Virus record (IMG/VR): IMGVR_UViG_3300023115_000018
Location: 1-64,000 of that record
DNA from: a virus
Taxonomy: Duplodnaviria; Caudoviricetes
DNA length: 64,000 nt
Direction: 5' to 3' (one strand)
A model generated the notes under the pieces. It ran no database searches and was not told the origin of the DNA. It worked only from the letters and a program-made list of their open reading frames with translations. The position numbers and the translations under genes are program-made. This document shows, piece after piece, positions 1-7,220 of this stretch; within the stretch, counting starts at the first letter, position 1; each line of letters begins with the position of its first letter.

Positions 1-435
1 AATACAGCACAAGAACAATCTATAAAAATATATTCTAATTATAAAGCATCAGTAGATTCTAAGTTGAGATTCAGAATTACAGAAGTAATCTCTGATAATA
101 CTCCTGTTCGTAGTACGGAACTTTATACTAAAGGAAATTTATGTCCAGGCGCTCCACTTGGATGGCAAAGAATTTTAAGATGGGATATAGATAAGATTCC
201 AACCGTAGGATTTTCTTTGTCTGTGGGTAAGGAACTTGGCGAGAATGAGTTTATTTTTAGAGATTTTATAAATTCGCAGAATAGTTATTTTAAAGTTCTG
301 CCCAATTATTTTTCAAAGCAGGGGTCTAAGGTAGACTGCAGGGCAGATATCACCTTCGAAACAGAAGATGTAAGTGCTATGAATTTAGACCCAGTGGCAC
401 AAGTTGAAATCACAAGCATTATAGGGAGAATGTAA
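1..435 (+). CDS. Hypothetical protein, 5'-truncated by window edge
   Basis: Frame 1 is open from base 1 (NTAQEQSIKIYSNY...) through the listed 64..435 ORF to TAA at 433-435; no family recognised. Confidence 0.6.
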   Translation, partial: NTAQEQSIKIYSNYKASVDSKLRFRITEVISDNTPVRSTELYTKGNLCPGAPLGWQRILRWDIDKIPTVGFSLSVGKELGENEFIFRDFINSQNSYFKVLPNYFSKQGSKVDCRADITFETEDVSAMNLDPVAQVEITSIIGRM

Positions 436-436
436 T

Positions 437-598
437 ATGGTAAATTGGATCAAAGCCAGATTGGCAGAAAGAACATCATGGGATGGTGGCGCACTTATTG
501 CGATGGGTGTTGTTGCACTTCTCTTTGATGGTTTAATTACATGGGCTGCATATGCAGCGATTGTTTATGGTCTTTGGACTATCTGGAAATCAGAATAA
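437..598 (+). CDS. Small 53-aa two-helix membrane protein (holin-like size/topology)
   Basis: Not in ORF track. GGGAG upstream, ATG 437, MVNWIKARLAERTSWDGGALIAMGVVALLFDGLITWAAYAAIVYGLWTIWKSE, TAA 596-598; fills the gap exactly; hydrophobic. Confidence 0.75.
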   Translation: MVNWIKARLAERTSWDGGALIAMGVVALLFDGLITWAAYAAIVYGLWTIWKSE

Positions 599-602
599 AC
601 TA

Positions 603-631
603 TTGACAAAACGTGTGTTATAGCGTATTAT
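603..631 (+). promoter_or_regulatory. Sigma70-type (early/middle) promoter for gp33-gp59
   Basis: TTGACA 603-608, 17-nt spacer, TATTAT 626-631; AAGGAG RBS follows before ATG 667. Confidence 0.75.
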
Positions 632-666
632 ACGCTGTAACACATATCTAAGGAGAATTTATTATA

Positions 667-891
667 ATGTTGAAACTTAAGAGTTCGAAAGAATTTAGTG
701 ATGAAATAGAAAAACAAGTTTCCAAATTAAACAGTTCGTATATCGATACAATCACATACTACTGTGAAAAGAATAATTTAGAAATAGAAAATGTAGTTTC
801 TCTGTTGAGTCCTTTCATTAAAGAAAAAATTAAATACGAGGCAGAAGGACTGAACATGGTTCAGAAGTCTACAGAAAAATTGCCTCTATGA
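667..891 (+). CDS. gp33: Late promoter transcription co-activator, T4 gp33-like
   Basis: EFSDEIEK..SYIDTITYYCEKNNLEIE..LLSPFIKEKIKYEAEGLN matches the gp33 pattern; gp33-gp59-gp32 synteny. Confidence 0.88.
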   Translation: MLKLKSSKEFSDEIEKQVSKLNSSYIDTITYYCEKNNLEIENVVSLLSPFIKEKIKYEAEGLNMVQKSTEKLPL

Positions 892-1583
892 TTACCATGT
901 CTGGAAAAAAGATAGATGACTTTGAAGCGTTTAAAATTTATCTTGCAATGAAAAGTCATTTTAATAGTGAGTATGATTTTATAAAGTATAAGGGGAAGGT
1001 TTCACCAAAGAAAGAAACCTACTATAACAGGAGAGACAGAAGAACTTTTGAAGAACTTTCCAGAAGATTTGATAAAAAGAGTTTGGAAGAGTTTCTACTT
1101 GCTTTGTTCTTGAATGTAACAGAAAATGGTAATCTTGCAATTTCTCGCAATGAGTTTATGTGGACAGGAAATCTTTTAGATAAAGAATCTTATGATACAT
1201 ATAAAAATTGGAAGAAAAGAATTCAAAGTATAAAGTATACTTTTACTAATGATTGTCATGTGTTGTTTACAAGGGCGTCTGAAGAAAATATGGAATTCAA
1301 TTCTATATTTAAATCTATTGACAATGACTACCCATTTATTGTATTCTTAGAAAAACGTGGAGAACTTTCATTAGAAACGTTAATTATCTTTGAAAAGATT
1401 TTTACTTTCATAGATAAGGTCAAAATAAATGATACAACTTATTGGCCTATATATACTAAGAAAGTAAAAGACTATATGTCTTTCTTGGACATAGATGTTA
1501 ATTATTATGTTAATGTTCTTAGGGACATATTGATTGATGATTATTATGAAGATTATGGTCAATTAATTAAAAAAACTAGTTGA
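888..1583 (+). CDS. gp59: Helicase loader, T4 gp59-like
   Basis: FEAFKIYLAMKSHF..YDFIKYKGK N-terminus, YKNWKKRIQS, LSLETLIIF; position before gp32. Confidence 0.9.
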   Translation: MITMSGKKIDDFEAFKIYLAMKSHFNSEYDFIKYKGKVSPKKETYYNRRDRRTFEELSRRFDKKSLEEFLLALFLNVTENGNLAISRNEFMWTGNLLDKESYDTYKNWKKRIQSIKYTFTNDCHVLFTRASEENMEFNSIFKSIDNDYPFIVFLEKRGELSLETLIIFEKIFTFIDKVKINDTTYWPIYTKKVKDYMSFLDIDVNYYVNVLRDILIDDYYEDYGQLIKKTS

Positions 1584-1608
1584 CAACTCTTGGATAATAT
1601 AGTATATT
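1580..1608 (+). promoter_or_regulatory. Sigma70-type promoter for gp32
   Basis: TTGACA 1580-1585, 17-nt spacer, TATATT 1603-1608; AAGGAG before ATG 1652. Confidence 0.7.
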
Positions 1609-1651
1609 AGTAAAAATACAAAACGCATATAACGTATAAAGGAGAAAATTT

Positions 1652-2560
1652 ATGTCTTTTGCAAACCTTAAAAAAGGTCGCTCTAACTTTGCCCGTCTTG
1701 CGGAAGAGTTGGAAAAAACCCAATCCCCACAACAAACCACATCAAATATCGATGATCGATTTTGGAAACCAACTATTGGTAAGGATGGTAACAGTTATGC
1801 TGTAATTCGTTTCCTTCCCCCTGCAGATGGTGAAGATATTCCTTGGGTTCGTGTGTTTAATCATGGATTTAAAGGCCCAGGCGGTTGGTTGATTGATAAC
1901 TGTCTTACTACAATCAACAAACAGTGTCCTGTTTGTGAGTCTAATACTGAACTATGGAATACTGGTTCACAAGACAATCAAAACCTTGCCCGTGATCGTA
2001 AACGTAAACTTAAGTTCCTTTCGAACATTTATGTTGTAAAAGATCCTGCAAACCCAGATAATGAAGGAAAAGTTTTTCTTTACTCATATGGTAAGAAAAT
2101 CTTTGACAAGTTGAACGAGGCAATGAATCCTCATTTTGAAGATGAGGCTCGTTACAACCCATTTGATTTTTGGGATGGCGCCAACTTCAAACTGAAGTAT
2201 CGCACTGTTGATGGTTATGGAAATTATGATAAGTCTGAATTCGATTCTCAAGAAGCACTTTCAGATGATGATTCAGAATTGGAAACAATCTATAATCAAC
2301 TATATTCATTGCAAGAGTTTGTAAGTGAAGAGAAGTTCAAGTCTTATGAACAACTCAAGGAACGCCTTGATCGTGTTCTTGGACTTCAACAGTCTGCAGT
2401 TTCAGTAGAAACAGATTTTGTTTCTGATGATTCTTCATACTACACTGAACCTACTCAGACTAAATCTGTGCCTGCGCCAGAACCAAAGTCTGTATCTTAT
2501 GATGAAGATGAAGAAGACGATTCAATCTCATACTTTGAACGTCTTGCAGATGAAAGTTAG
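1652..2560 (+). CDS. gp32: Single-stranded DNA-binding protein, T4 gp32-like
   Basis: DDRFWKP, AVIRFLP, HGFKGPGGW.IDNC.TT...CPVCE zinc site, GKKIFDK, NPFDFWDGANFKLK, acidic tail. Confidence 0.96.
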   Translation: MSFANLKKGRSNFARLAEELEKTQSPQQTTSNIDDRFWKPTIGKDGNSYAVIRFLPPADGEDIPWVRVFNHGFKGPGGWLIDNCLTTINKQCPVCESNTELWNTGSQDNQNLARDRKRKLKFLSNIYVVKDPANPDNEGKVFLYSYGKKIFDKLNEAMNPHFEDEARYNPFDFWDGANFKLKYRTVDGYGNYDKSEFDSQEALSDDDSELETIYNQLYSLQEFVSEEKFKSYEQLKERLDRVLGLQQSAVSVETDFVSDDSSYYTEPTQTKSVPAPEPKSVSYDEDEEDDSISYFERLADES

Positions 2561-2678
2561 ACAGTTGGTGGCACTGAAGTGTTAGTGTAAGACACGACAC
2601 AGAGTCCATACAGGTAATAGAGGGTATACAACACACTCGACCGCCATCTATTATCGCATACAAAGAACTGAGTGTGGG
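2561..2678 (+). ncRNA. Candidate structured RNA (hairpin plus H-type pseudoknot) in gp32 3' region
   Basis: Hairpin 2579-2600; stem 2613-2625/2643-2655 (12 of 13 pairs incl. G-U); loop CACACTCG 2632-2639 complementary to TGAGTGTG 2669-2676. Folded by eye only. Confidence 0.4.
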
Positions 2679-2710
2679 AAAGGGCAGGGAGAAATCCTTG
2701 CCTTTTTTTT
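2679..2710 (+). terminator. Rho-independent terminator
   Basis: AAGGGCAGGGA-GAAA-TCCTTGCCTT stem-loop followed by a T run. Confidence 0.9.
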
Positions 2711-2727
2711 GTCTTAGATATGTTTAG

Positions 2728-2748
2728 ATTGCATACCGAACATGTAAT
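2728..2748. promoter_or_regulatory. Imperfect palindrome, possible LysR-type operator
   Basis: ATTGCAT-N7-ATGTAAT (6/7 inverted match) upstream of the small-protein cassette; late-like AATAAATA at 2778-2785 and TGTCAG/CTGACA hairpin 2790-2806 follow. Confidence 0.35.
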
Positions 2749-2836
2749 AATTATATGACAATTTTCTGCACTTGCGAAATAAATATTTGTGTCAGAATCG
2801 CTGACAATTCACACATATCATACACAGGAGAATAAA

Positions 2837-2938
2837 ATGAGTGTCGAAGAAATTATTAAGAGTTTGAGTGTTCTTACAGTATCACTTACTATTGTAGCTG
2901 CAGTTATGTTTATGTCTATTTTACCGTATGTTAATTAA
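2837..2938 (+). CDS. 33-aa single-TM small protein
   Basis: Not in ORF track. AGGAG RBS, MSVEEIIKSLSVLTVSLTIVAAVMFMSILPYVN, TAA 2936-2938. Confidence 0.65.
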   Translation: MSVEEIIKSLSVLTVSLTIVAAVMFMSILPYVN

Positions 2939-2949
2939 CGGAGAATTAG

Positions 2950-3165
2950 ATGACACAATTAGTATTAACAGCGTCAGAATGGTTAAACATTACCCCCCTT
3001 GTAGATTTTATTCGTGAGTTGCAAAAAAGAATAAAATTGAAAAAACTTCAAAAAGAAACTATAAAGGAATTAAATTCCCTATCTGATAGAGATTTGAATG
3101 ATATTGGTATTGCAAGATCACAGATAAAATCTATTGCAATGGAATTGGATTTAAAAGATGTTTAA
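2950..3165 (+). CDS. DUF1127 (YjiS-like) small protein
   Basis: TIKELNSLSDRDLNDIGIARSQI is the L..LSDR.L.DIG..R..I DUF1127 signature; GGAG RBS. Confidence 0.88.
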   Translation: MTQLVLTASEWLNITPLVDFIRELQKRIKLKKLQKETIKELNSLSDRDLNDIGIARSQIKSIAMELDLKDV

Positions 3166-3271
3166 AAGAATTTTAGAAACTTTTGAACGTATTGGAAGAG
3201 CAAGAGCTGCACACGTTCTTGTACAGCAGGGTTTATACGAAGAAGCAAAAAGAGTTATGTGTGGGAACTGA
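3158..3271 (+). CDS. 37-aa small basic helical protein
   Basis: Not in ORF track. Overlaps DUF1127 stop by 8 nt; MFKRILETFERIGRARAAHVLVQQGLYEEAKRVMCGN, TGA 3269-3271, ending just before the convergent gene. Confidence 0.65.
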   Translation: MFKRILETFERIGRARAAHVLVQQGLYEEAKRVMCGN

Positions 3272-3278
3272 AAGGTTC

Positions 3279-5951
3279 CTACCACGCTCCCACTAAAGAT
3301 AACTTAGCATCCCTCACAGCACCATCAGTATGTCTTACTTCTGGTTTTTGTTTAGGCATAATCGTTGAATTATTTGTTACATTAGTCACGGTGTTTTGTT
3401 GCGGTGCATTTATAATGTTCGCAGCTTGTTTTGCCTCTGATGTAGATTTATCCATAGCAGCATTGTCCATCATATTAGACGCTTCTAATTTTTTGTTAGG
3501 AACATCACTTGAGAATGATTGTTGTGCAGAAACACCAGAATCAAAATCCATCATTTCTTGTGCAGATGGATTTGCAAATGCATTTTCTTCTTTTGGAGTG
3601 ATGTTCAATTTGTCCAATTCAGCTTGTAGTTTTTCTATTTCTGCTGCATCTTCTTCTCTACCTTTAGAATCTCTACCCCAATAAACATTTTCACCACCTT
3701 CACTTCTGGTAATTCTGTCTTTTGCCTCTGCAATTTTTGACTGAAGCTCTGCTTTTTGATCTTCTGGAGAAATCTCTGGTGCGATTGCACCTTCTTCACC
3801 ATCAAATGCACCCATATCCTTCGCCATGAGTCCAGCATCAATCGCTGTTGACGCAGCAGTCCCAACGCCTGGGATTATACTAGTAAGTCCAGAAAGTACC
3901 TCTAGGCCTGCACCAGAGAAGTCTCCACTAAATGCTCTTTGAGCACCAAATCCCAATCCTGCAATTAAACCAACGCCAGGGATTTTTTTCAATAAAGATT
4001 TCCCAAGTCCCTTACTAGCAGTTTTACCAGCAGTTGCGGCGCCCTTTGTGGCGACACTTGCGGCGCCCTTTCCAGTTACTTTAGATGCAAGTCCACTTAT
4101 TTTCGCACCAACTCCTTTTGCTGGTGCTGTTATTTTATCCATTACTGATGGCATTTTTGGGGGCACTGAAATACTTGGCATTTTTGGAAGTTTGTCGGGT
4201 ATTGCACTACCAACGCCTTTTATTCTATCAGGCATCGAAGTCATTGTATTTTTTACATTACTCGCAACATTACTTGCAGCGCTTGCTGTTTTCGCCGCTC
4301 CAGTTGCAGCAAGTCCTGCTACTGCCCCGCCGCCAAGTTTCAGTGCATTCAATCCAATGTTTTTAATTCCCCCTAATACACCTTTTGCAGCATTCAATCC
4401 ACCACCAACAAAACTTCTTGCTCTTCCTGTAACCCCAGTTCCTACATTTCTTACAAAATTTCCAAGTCTGCCAAATCTTCCGCCACTTGCCCTATTTACT
4501 ACTGAACCGACTCGGCCGACACCACTTCTTACCGCTCCTCCAACTCTTGAGAATGCACCTCTAATACCGCCTCTTCCTCTAACGTTACCTCGACCTCTTC
4601 TACCTCTTCGTCCATCTCCAACGCCGTCTAATAGGCCGCCTCCGACTCCACCTAACAATCCGTCTAAAAATCCACCCCCATCACCAGAGATTTCATCTAA
4701 GTTTCCAGTGTTTTCTGCAATCTGTTCGAGAAGTTTGATTTGTTTTTTCTCTAATTCTTGTTCTATTTTTCTTTCTCTATTAGCTTCTCTTTGATTTTCT
4801 AAATCTAATGGAGATGGATTGTCAGAAGTATCCTGCAAGAATTTTAGAAGATTTACTACTTCTTCTAGATATGGACTGTTTTCTCCAAGTTGTTCTTTTA
4901 CTTCATCTAATTTTGTTGCAGTAATTTGAGAAATTTCACTTGGAGCGGATGCCTCTTCTGTAGATAAACTTTGAACATTTTCAGATGGAGATGGTATTGT
5001 AATATTTTCTCTATCATCTAATTTTGTTTCAGTAATTTGAGAAATTTCACTTGGAGCGGATGCCTCTTCTGTAGATAAACTTTGAACATTTTCAGATGGA
5101 GATGGAGATGGTATTGTAATATTTTCTCTATCATCTAATATTGGGGATTCTGATTGTGGGACAGATACTGGAGACTCTGACATATCAAGTCCATAACTTC
5201 TTTTAATAGACTCGATTTCATCTTTTCTTGCCTTGTTTGCATCTTCTGCCTCTTTTGCAATCTTTGCCTGACGAATTATAGCATTCTTTTGTTCGTCAAT
5301 AACTTCTTGTTCAGTAATACCTCTTGCAAGTGCTTGTGCTGCTACTTCTTCCGATGTTATATTTGCTCTTGAGATTGCTTCTTCATTTGATATTTGTGTT
5401 CTTAAAACAGAAAATTCTTCTTCTTCAATTTTTTTCTGTTCTACAATTCTTCTTTGTCTCTCTTCTTCCTCTGCCTTATTTGCCTTACTTGTTTCTCTGA
5501 ATTGTTTAATTCTGTCACCAACAAATGATGCGCCAAATGCTAATAGTGGACTACCACTCAATGCACCTGTAATAACTCCACCAATTCCACTAATTGAACT
5601 TTCTACTGTCTTTGTTGCAAGATCACCAATAGATTTTTTAAATGTAGTGTTTTGTTTGATACTTTCTTGGGATGCTCTTAATATCTCTTGAAGTGCTTTC
5701 TTTTCTTGGTCAGTAGCACCTTCTAGTTGTGCCAAATCGGCATCAAGAAGGTCTATCTTCTTTTTAGTTTCTTTAAATTCTTTTACAGATATACCTTCTT
5801 GTTGTCCAAGAATATCAGCAACTTCTGCAAGGGCCTGTCTAGCTGCGGCAGATTGCAACTGATCGGTTGCAGCGCTAAATGAAGCAGACAATTCCTCTTG
5901 GTTTTGTCTGATAAGTTTTTCTGTTACCGCTTTTAGATCAGGACTTGCCAT
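3279..5951 (-). CDS. Probable tape-measure / baseplate hub protein (gp29-like role)
   Basis: 890 aa, helical/coiled N-half, Gly/Ala-rich amphipathic segments (GKSLLKKIPGVGLIAGLGFG), downstream of gp26/gp51; function inferred from composition and synteny. Confidence 0.6.
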   Translation of the reverse strand: MASPDLKAVTEKLIRQNQEELSASFSAATDQLQSAAARQALAEVADILGQQEGISVKEFKETKKKIDLLDADLAQLEGATDQEKKALQEILRASQESIKQNTTFKKSIGDLATKTVESSISGIGGVITGALSGSPLLAFGASFVGDRIKQFRETSKANKAEEEERQRRIVEQKKIEEEEFSVLRTQISNEEAISRANITSEEVAAQALARGITEQEVIDEQKNAIIRQAKIAKEAEDANKARKDEIESIKRSYGLDMSESPVSVPQSESPILDDRENITIPSPSPSENVQSLSTEEASAPSEISQITETKLDDRENITIPSPSENVQSLSTEEASAPSEISQITATKLDEVKEQLGENSPYLEEVVNLLKFLQDTSDNPSPLDLENQREANRERKIEQELEKKQIKLLEQIAENTGNLDEISGDGGGFLDGLLGGVGGGLLDGVGDGRRGRRGRGNVRGRGGIRGAFSRVGGAVRSGVGRVGSVVNRASGGRFGRLGNFVRNVGTGVTGRARSFVGGGLNAAKGVLGGIKNIGLNALKLGGGAVAGLAATGAAKTASAASNVASNVKNTMTSMPDRIKGVGSAIPDKLPKMPSISVPPKMPSVMDKITAPAKGVGAKISGLASKVTGKGAASVATKGAATAGKTASKGLGKSLLKKIPGVGLIAGLGFGAQRAFSGDFSGAGLEVLSGLTSIIPGVGTAASTAIDAGLMAKDMGAFDGEEGAIAPEISPEDQKAELQSKIAEAKDRITRSEGGENVYWGRDSKGREEDAAEIEKLQAELDKLNITPKEENAFANPSAQEMMDFDSGVSAQQSFSSDVPNKKLEASNMMDNAAMDKSTSEAKQAANIINAPQQNTVTNVTNNSTIMPKQKPEVRHTDGAVRDAKLSLVGAW
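4903..5138. repeat. In-frame tandem duplication (111/117 bp, ~2.1 copies)
   Basis: Units start at 4903, 5014, 5131; near-identical, second has an extra GATGGA; encodes LDDRENITIPSPS(PS)ENVQSLSTEEASAPSEISQIT(E/A)TK twice. Confidence 0.92.
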
Positions 5952-5954
5952 TTA

Positions 5955-6284
5955 TTACTTCTTCTTATCTGAATATGCGTTGCCCGCAAAGAATGCGGCC
6001 ACAATTGCAGCGACAGAAACGAAGTATGTTGCCGCCATGTCACCCAGAATCTTTGATGCTTGATCCAATCCTGCAACTACTGCAATCACTACTGCGAAGG
6101 GATAGAGTAACATACCGAATAAAGAGAACCAGGCCATTTGACGCATTGCATCTCTGCGAGCGTCAGCATCTTCTAGTTCTTTTCTTTTAAACTCAAGATA
6201 CATCTTTTCTTCTTCTTTTGAAACCTTTCCATCTCCATTAGTATCAGCGGGGTGATGTCCAGATGCTTTAATTTCTTCTTCCAT
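5955..6284 (-). CDS. Membrane protein with N-terminal EF-hand-like loop and two TM helices
   Basis: DTNGDGKVSKEE canonical 12-residue Ca loop; hydrophobic MAWFSLFGMLLYPFAVVIAVV and ATYFVSVAAIVAAFFAG; basic C-end. Confidence 0.75.
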   Translation of the reverse strand: MEEEIKASGHHPADTNGDGKVSKEEEKMYLEFKRKELEDADARRDAMRQMAWFSLFGMLLYPFAVVIAVVAGLDQASKILGDMAATYFVSVAAIVAAFFAGNAYSDKKK

Positions 6285-6285
6285 A

Positions 6286-6480
6286 TTAACTCCTCATTGC
6301 GTCTTTTCTACGCTTTTCTTCTTCTTTAATATAGTTTATCAAAAGATTTAAATATATCTCTCTTTCCCACGGTATCATATCTTCTAATTCACTCAAACTA
6401 TATTTATGGTGCTGCATCAACGCAAAATTATTTCGATACATCGATGCAAGGGACTCATGATTTAAACTTAGGAAAAAAAA
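6286..6480 (-). CDS. gp51: Baseplate hub assembly protein, gp51-like C-terminal module (probably reached by -1 frameshift from gp26)
   Basis: YRNNFALMQHHKYSLSELEDMIPWEREIYLNLL is the short gp51 motif of marine T4-likes; start uncertain, frame is open across the gp26 stop. Confidence 0.85.
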   Translation of the reverse strand, partial: FFFLSLNHESLASMYRNNFALMQHHKYSLSELEDMIPWEREIYLNLLINYIKEEEKRRKDAMRS

Positions 6481-7190
6481 TCGGTAATTCCTTTTACTTT
6501 CATCGATTTTTTCCATCCACATTTTCTACAAACAATATTTACATCACACGCCGTTTCTGGCATTGTATTGAAAAAATTGTTAATAGATTCAAACTGTTGT
6601 TGTGTTAAATTCTCAACAAAAGTTTTTAATTCACTTTCTGAATAATCAGACGCATTATATACTTCACTTCCATCAACGATCATGTCAATACAAGTAGCTA
6701 CAACATCAATTACATCATCTACACTATCTGCAGTTAATACAGAATTTAAGATATTAAAATCTGGATACTTCATAATAATTTTAATATCTGACGTTAGATT
6801 CAATTCATTGGTGTGTCCTTCTTGATTTTCAATCTCTGCCTTTTCTAAGTCTAATGTGAAAGGAATTTGACAGCCCCCCTGCCCCGCTCCTTCTTCTGTA
6901 CAATCTTCCCGATTGTAACTCAAACCAATTACGTTTCCAATAGACTTACTTCTAAGTTTGATGAAAATGTGTTCAATGTCAAATGTAGAAAGTTTATCAA
7001 CATCTACATCAGATACTAAACAGTTTCCAATAATTTGTTTTATCGCATCAATTTTTTCTTGTAACTCTTCTCCCTCTTGTGCCATCAGAAGAATTTTTTC
7101 TTCCTTGACCAAAAACGGACGAAATTTCACACTTTCATTTGTTGATGGTATAGTCAAATCATATGTTGGTGCATTAATTGTAGGTAACAT
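6468..7190 (-). CDS. gp26: Baseplate hub subunit/chaperone, T4 gp26-like
   Basis: MLPTINAPTYDLTIPS..VKFRPFLVKEEKILLMA, FDIEHIFIKLRSKSIG, MKYP, CRKC, GITDFF end. Confidence 0.93.
   Translation of the reverse strand: MLPTINAPTYDLTIPSTNESVKFRPFLVKEEKILLMAQEGEELQEKIDAIKQIIGNCLVSDVDVDKLSTFDIEHIFIKLRSKSIGNVIGLSYNREDCTEEGAGQGGCQIPFTLDLEKAEIENQEGHTNELNLTSDIKIIMKYPDFNILNSVLTADSVDDVIDVVATCIDMIVDGSEVYNASDYSESELKTFVENLTQQQFESINNFFNTMPETACDVNIVCRKCGWKKSMKVKGITDFFS
6473..6480 (-). other. Putative -1 ribosomal frameshift slippery site (T TTT TTT)
   Basis: Minus strand GAT TTT TTT TCC TAA at the gp26 end; the -1 frame continues TTC CTA AGT... into gp51 without a stop. Confidence 0.65.
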
Positions 7191-7220
7191 ATTTTATCCT
7201 CTTCAAAAATAATTTAATCA

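Noticed and set aside
2460-2663. 67-aa minus-strand ORF over the gp32 3' end
   Set aside because: Overlaps gp32 antisense, no RBS; the region is better explained as structured RNA plus terminator.
2561-2680. tRNA or hammerhead ribozyme in the gp32 3' gap
   Set aside because: No cloverleaf/TTCG T-loop/CCA; CTGAAGT does not fit the CUGANGA core and no properly placed GAAA.
4048-4794. 248-aa plus-strand Pro-rich ORF (and 3259..3684)
   Set aside because: Antisense shadow of the Gly-rich part of the 890-aa minus-strand gene; no RBS or family signal.
6481-6522. Listed start of the 78-aa gp51 ORF (MWMEKIDESK...)
   Set aside because: Lies inside gp26 coding sequence, unlike gp51 in sequence, no RBS; likely just the open -1 frame upstream of the slippery site.
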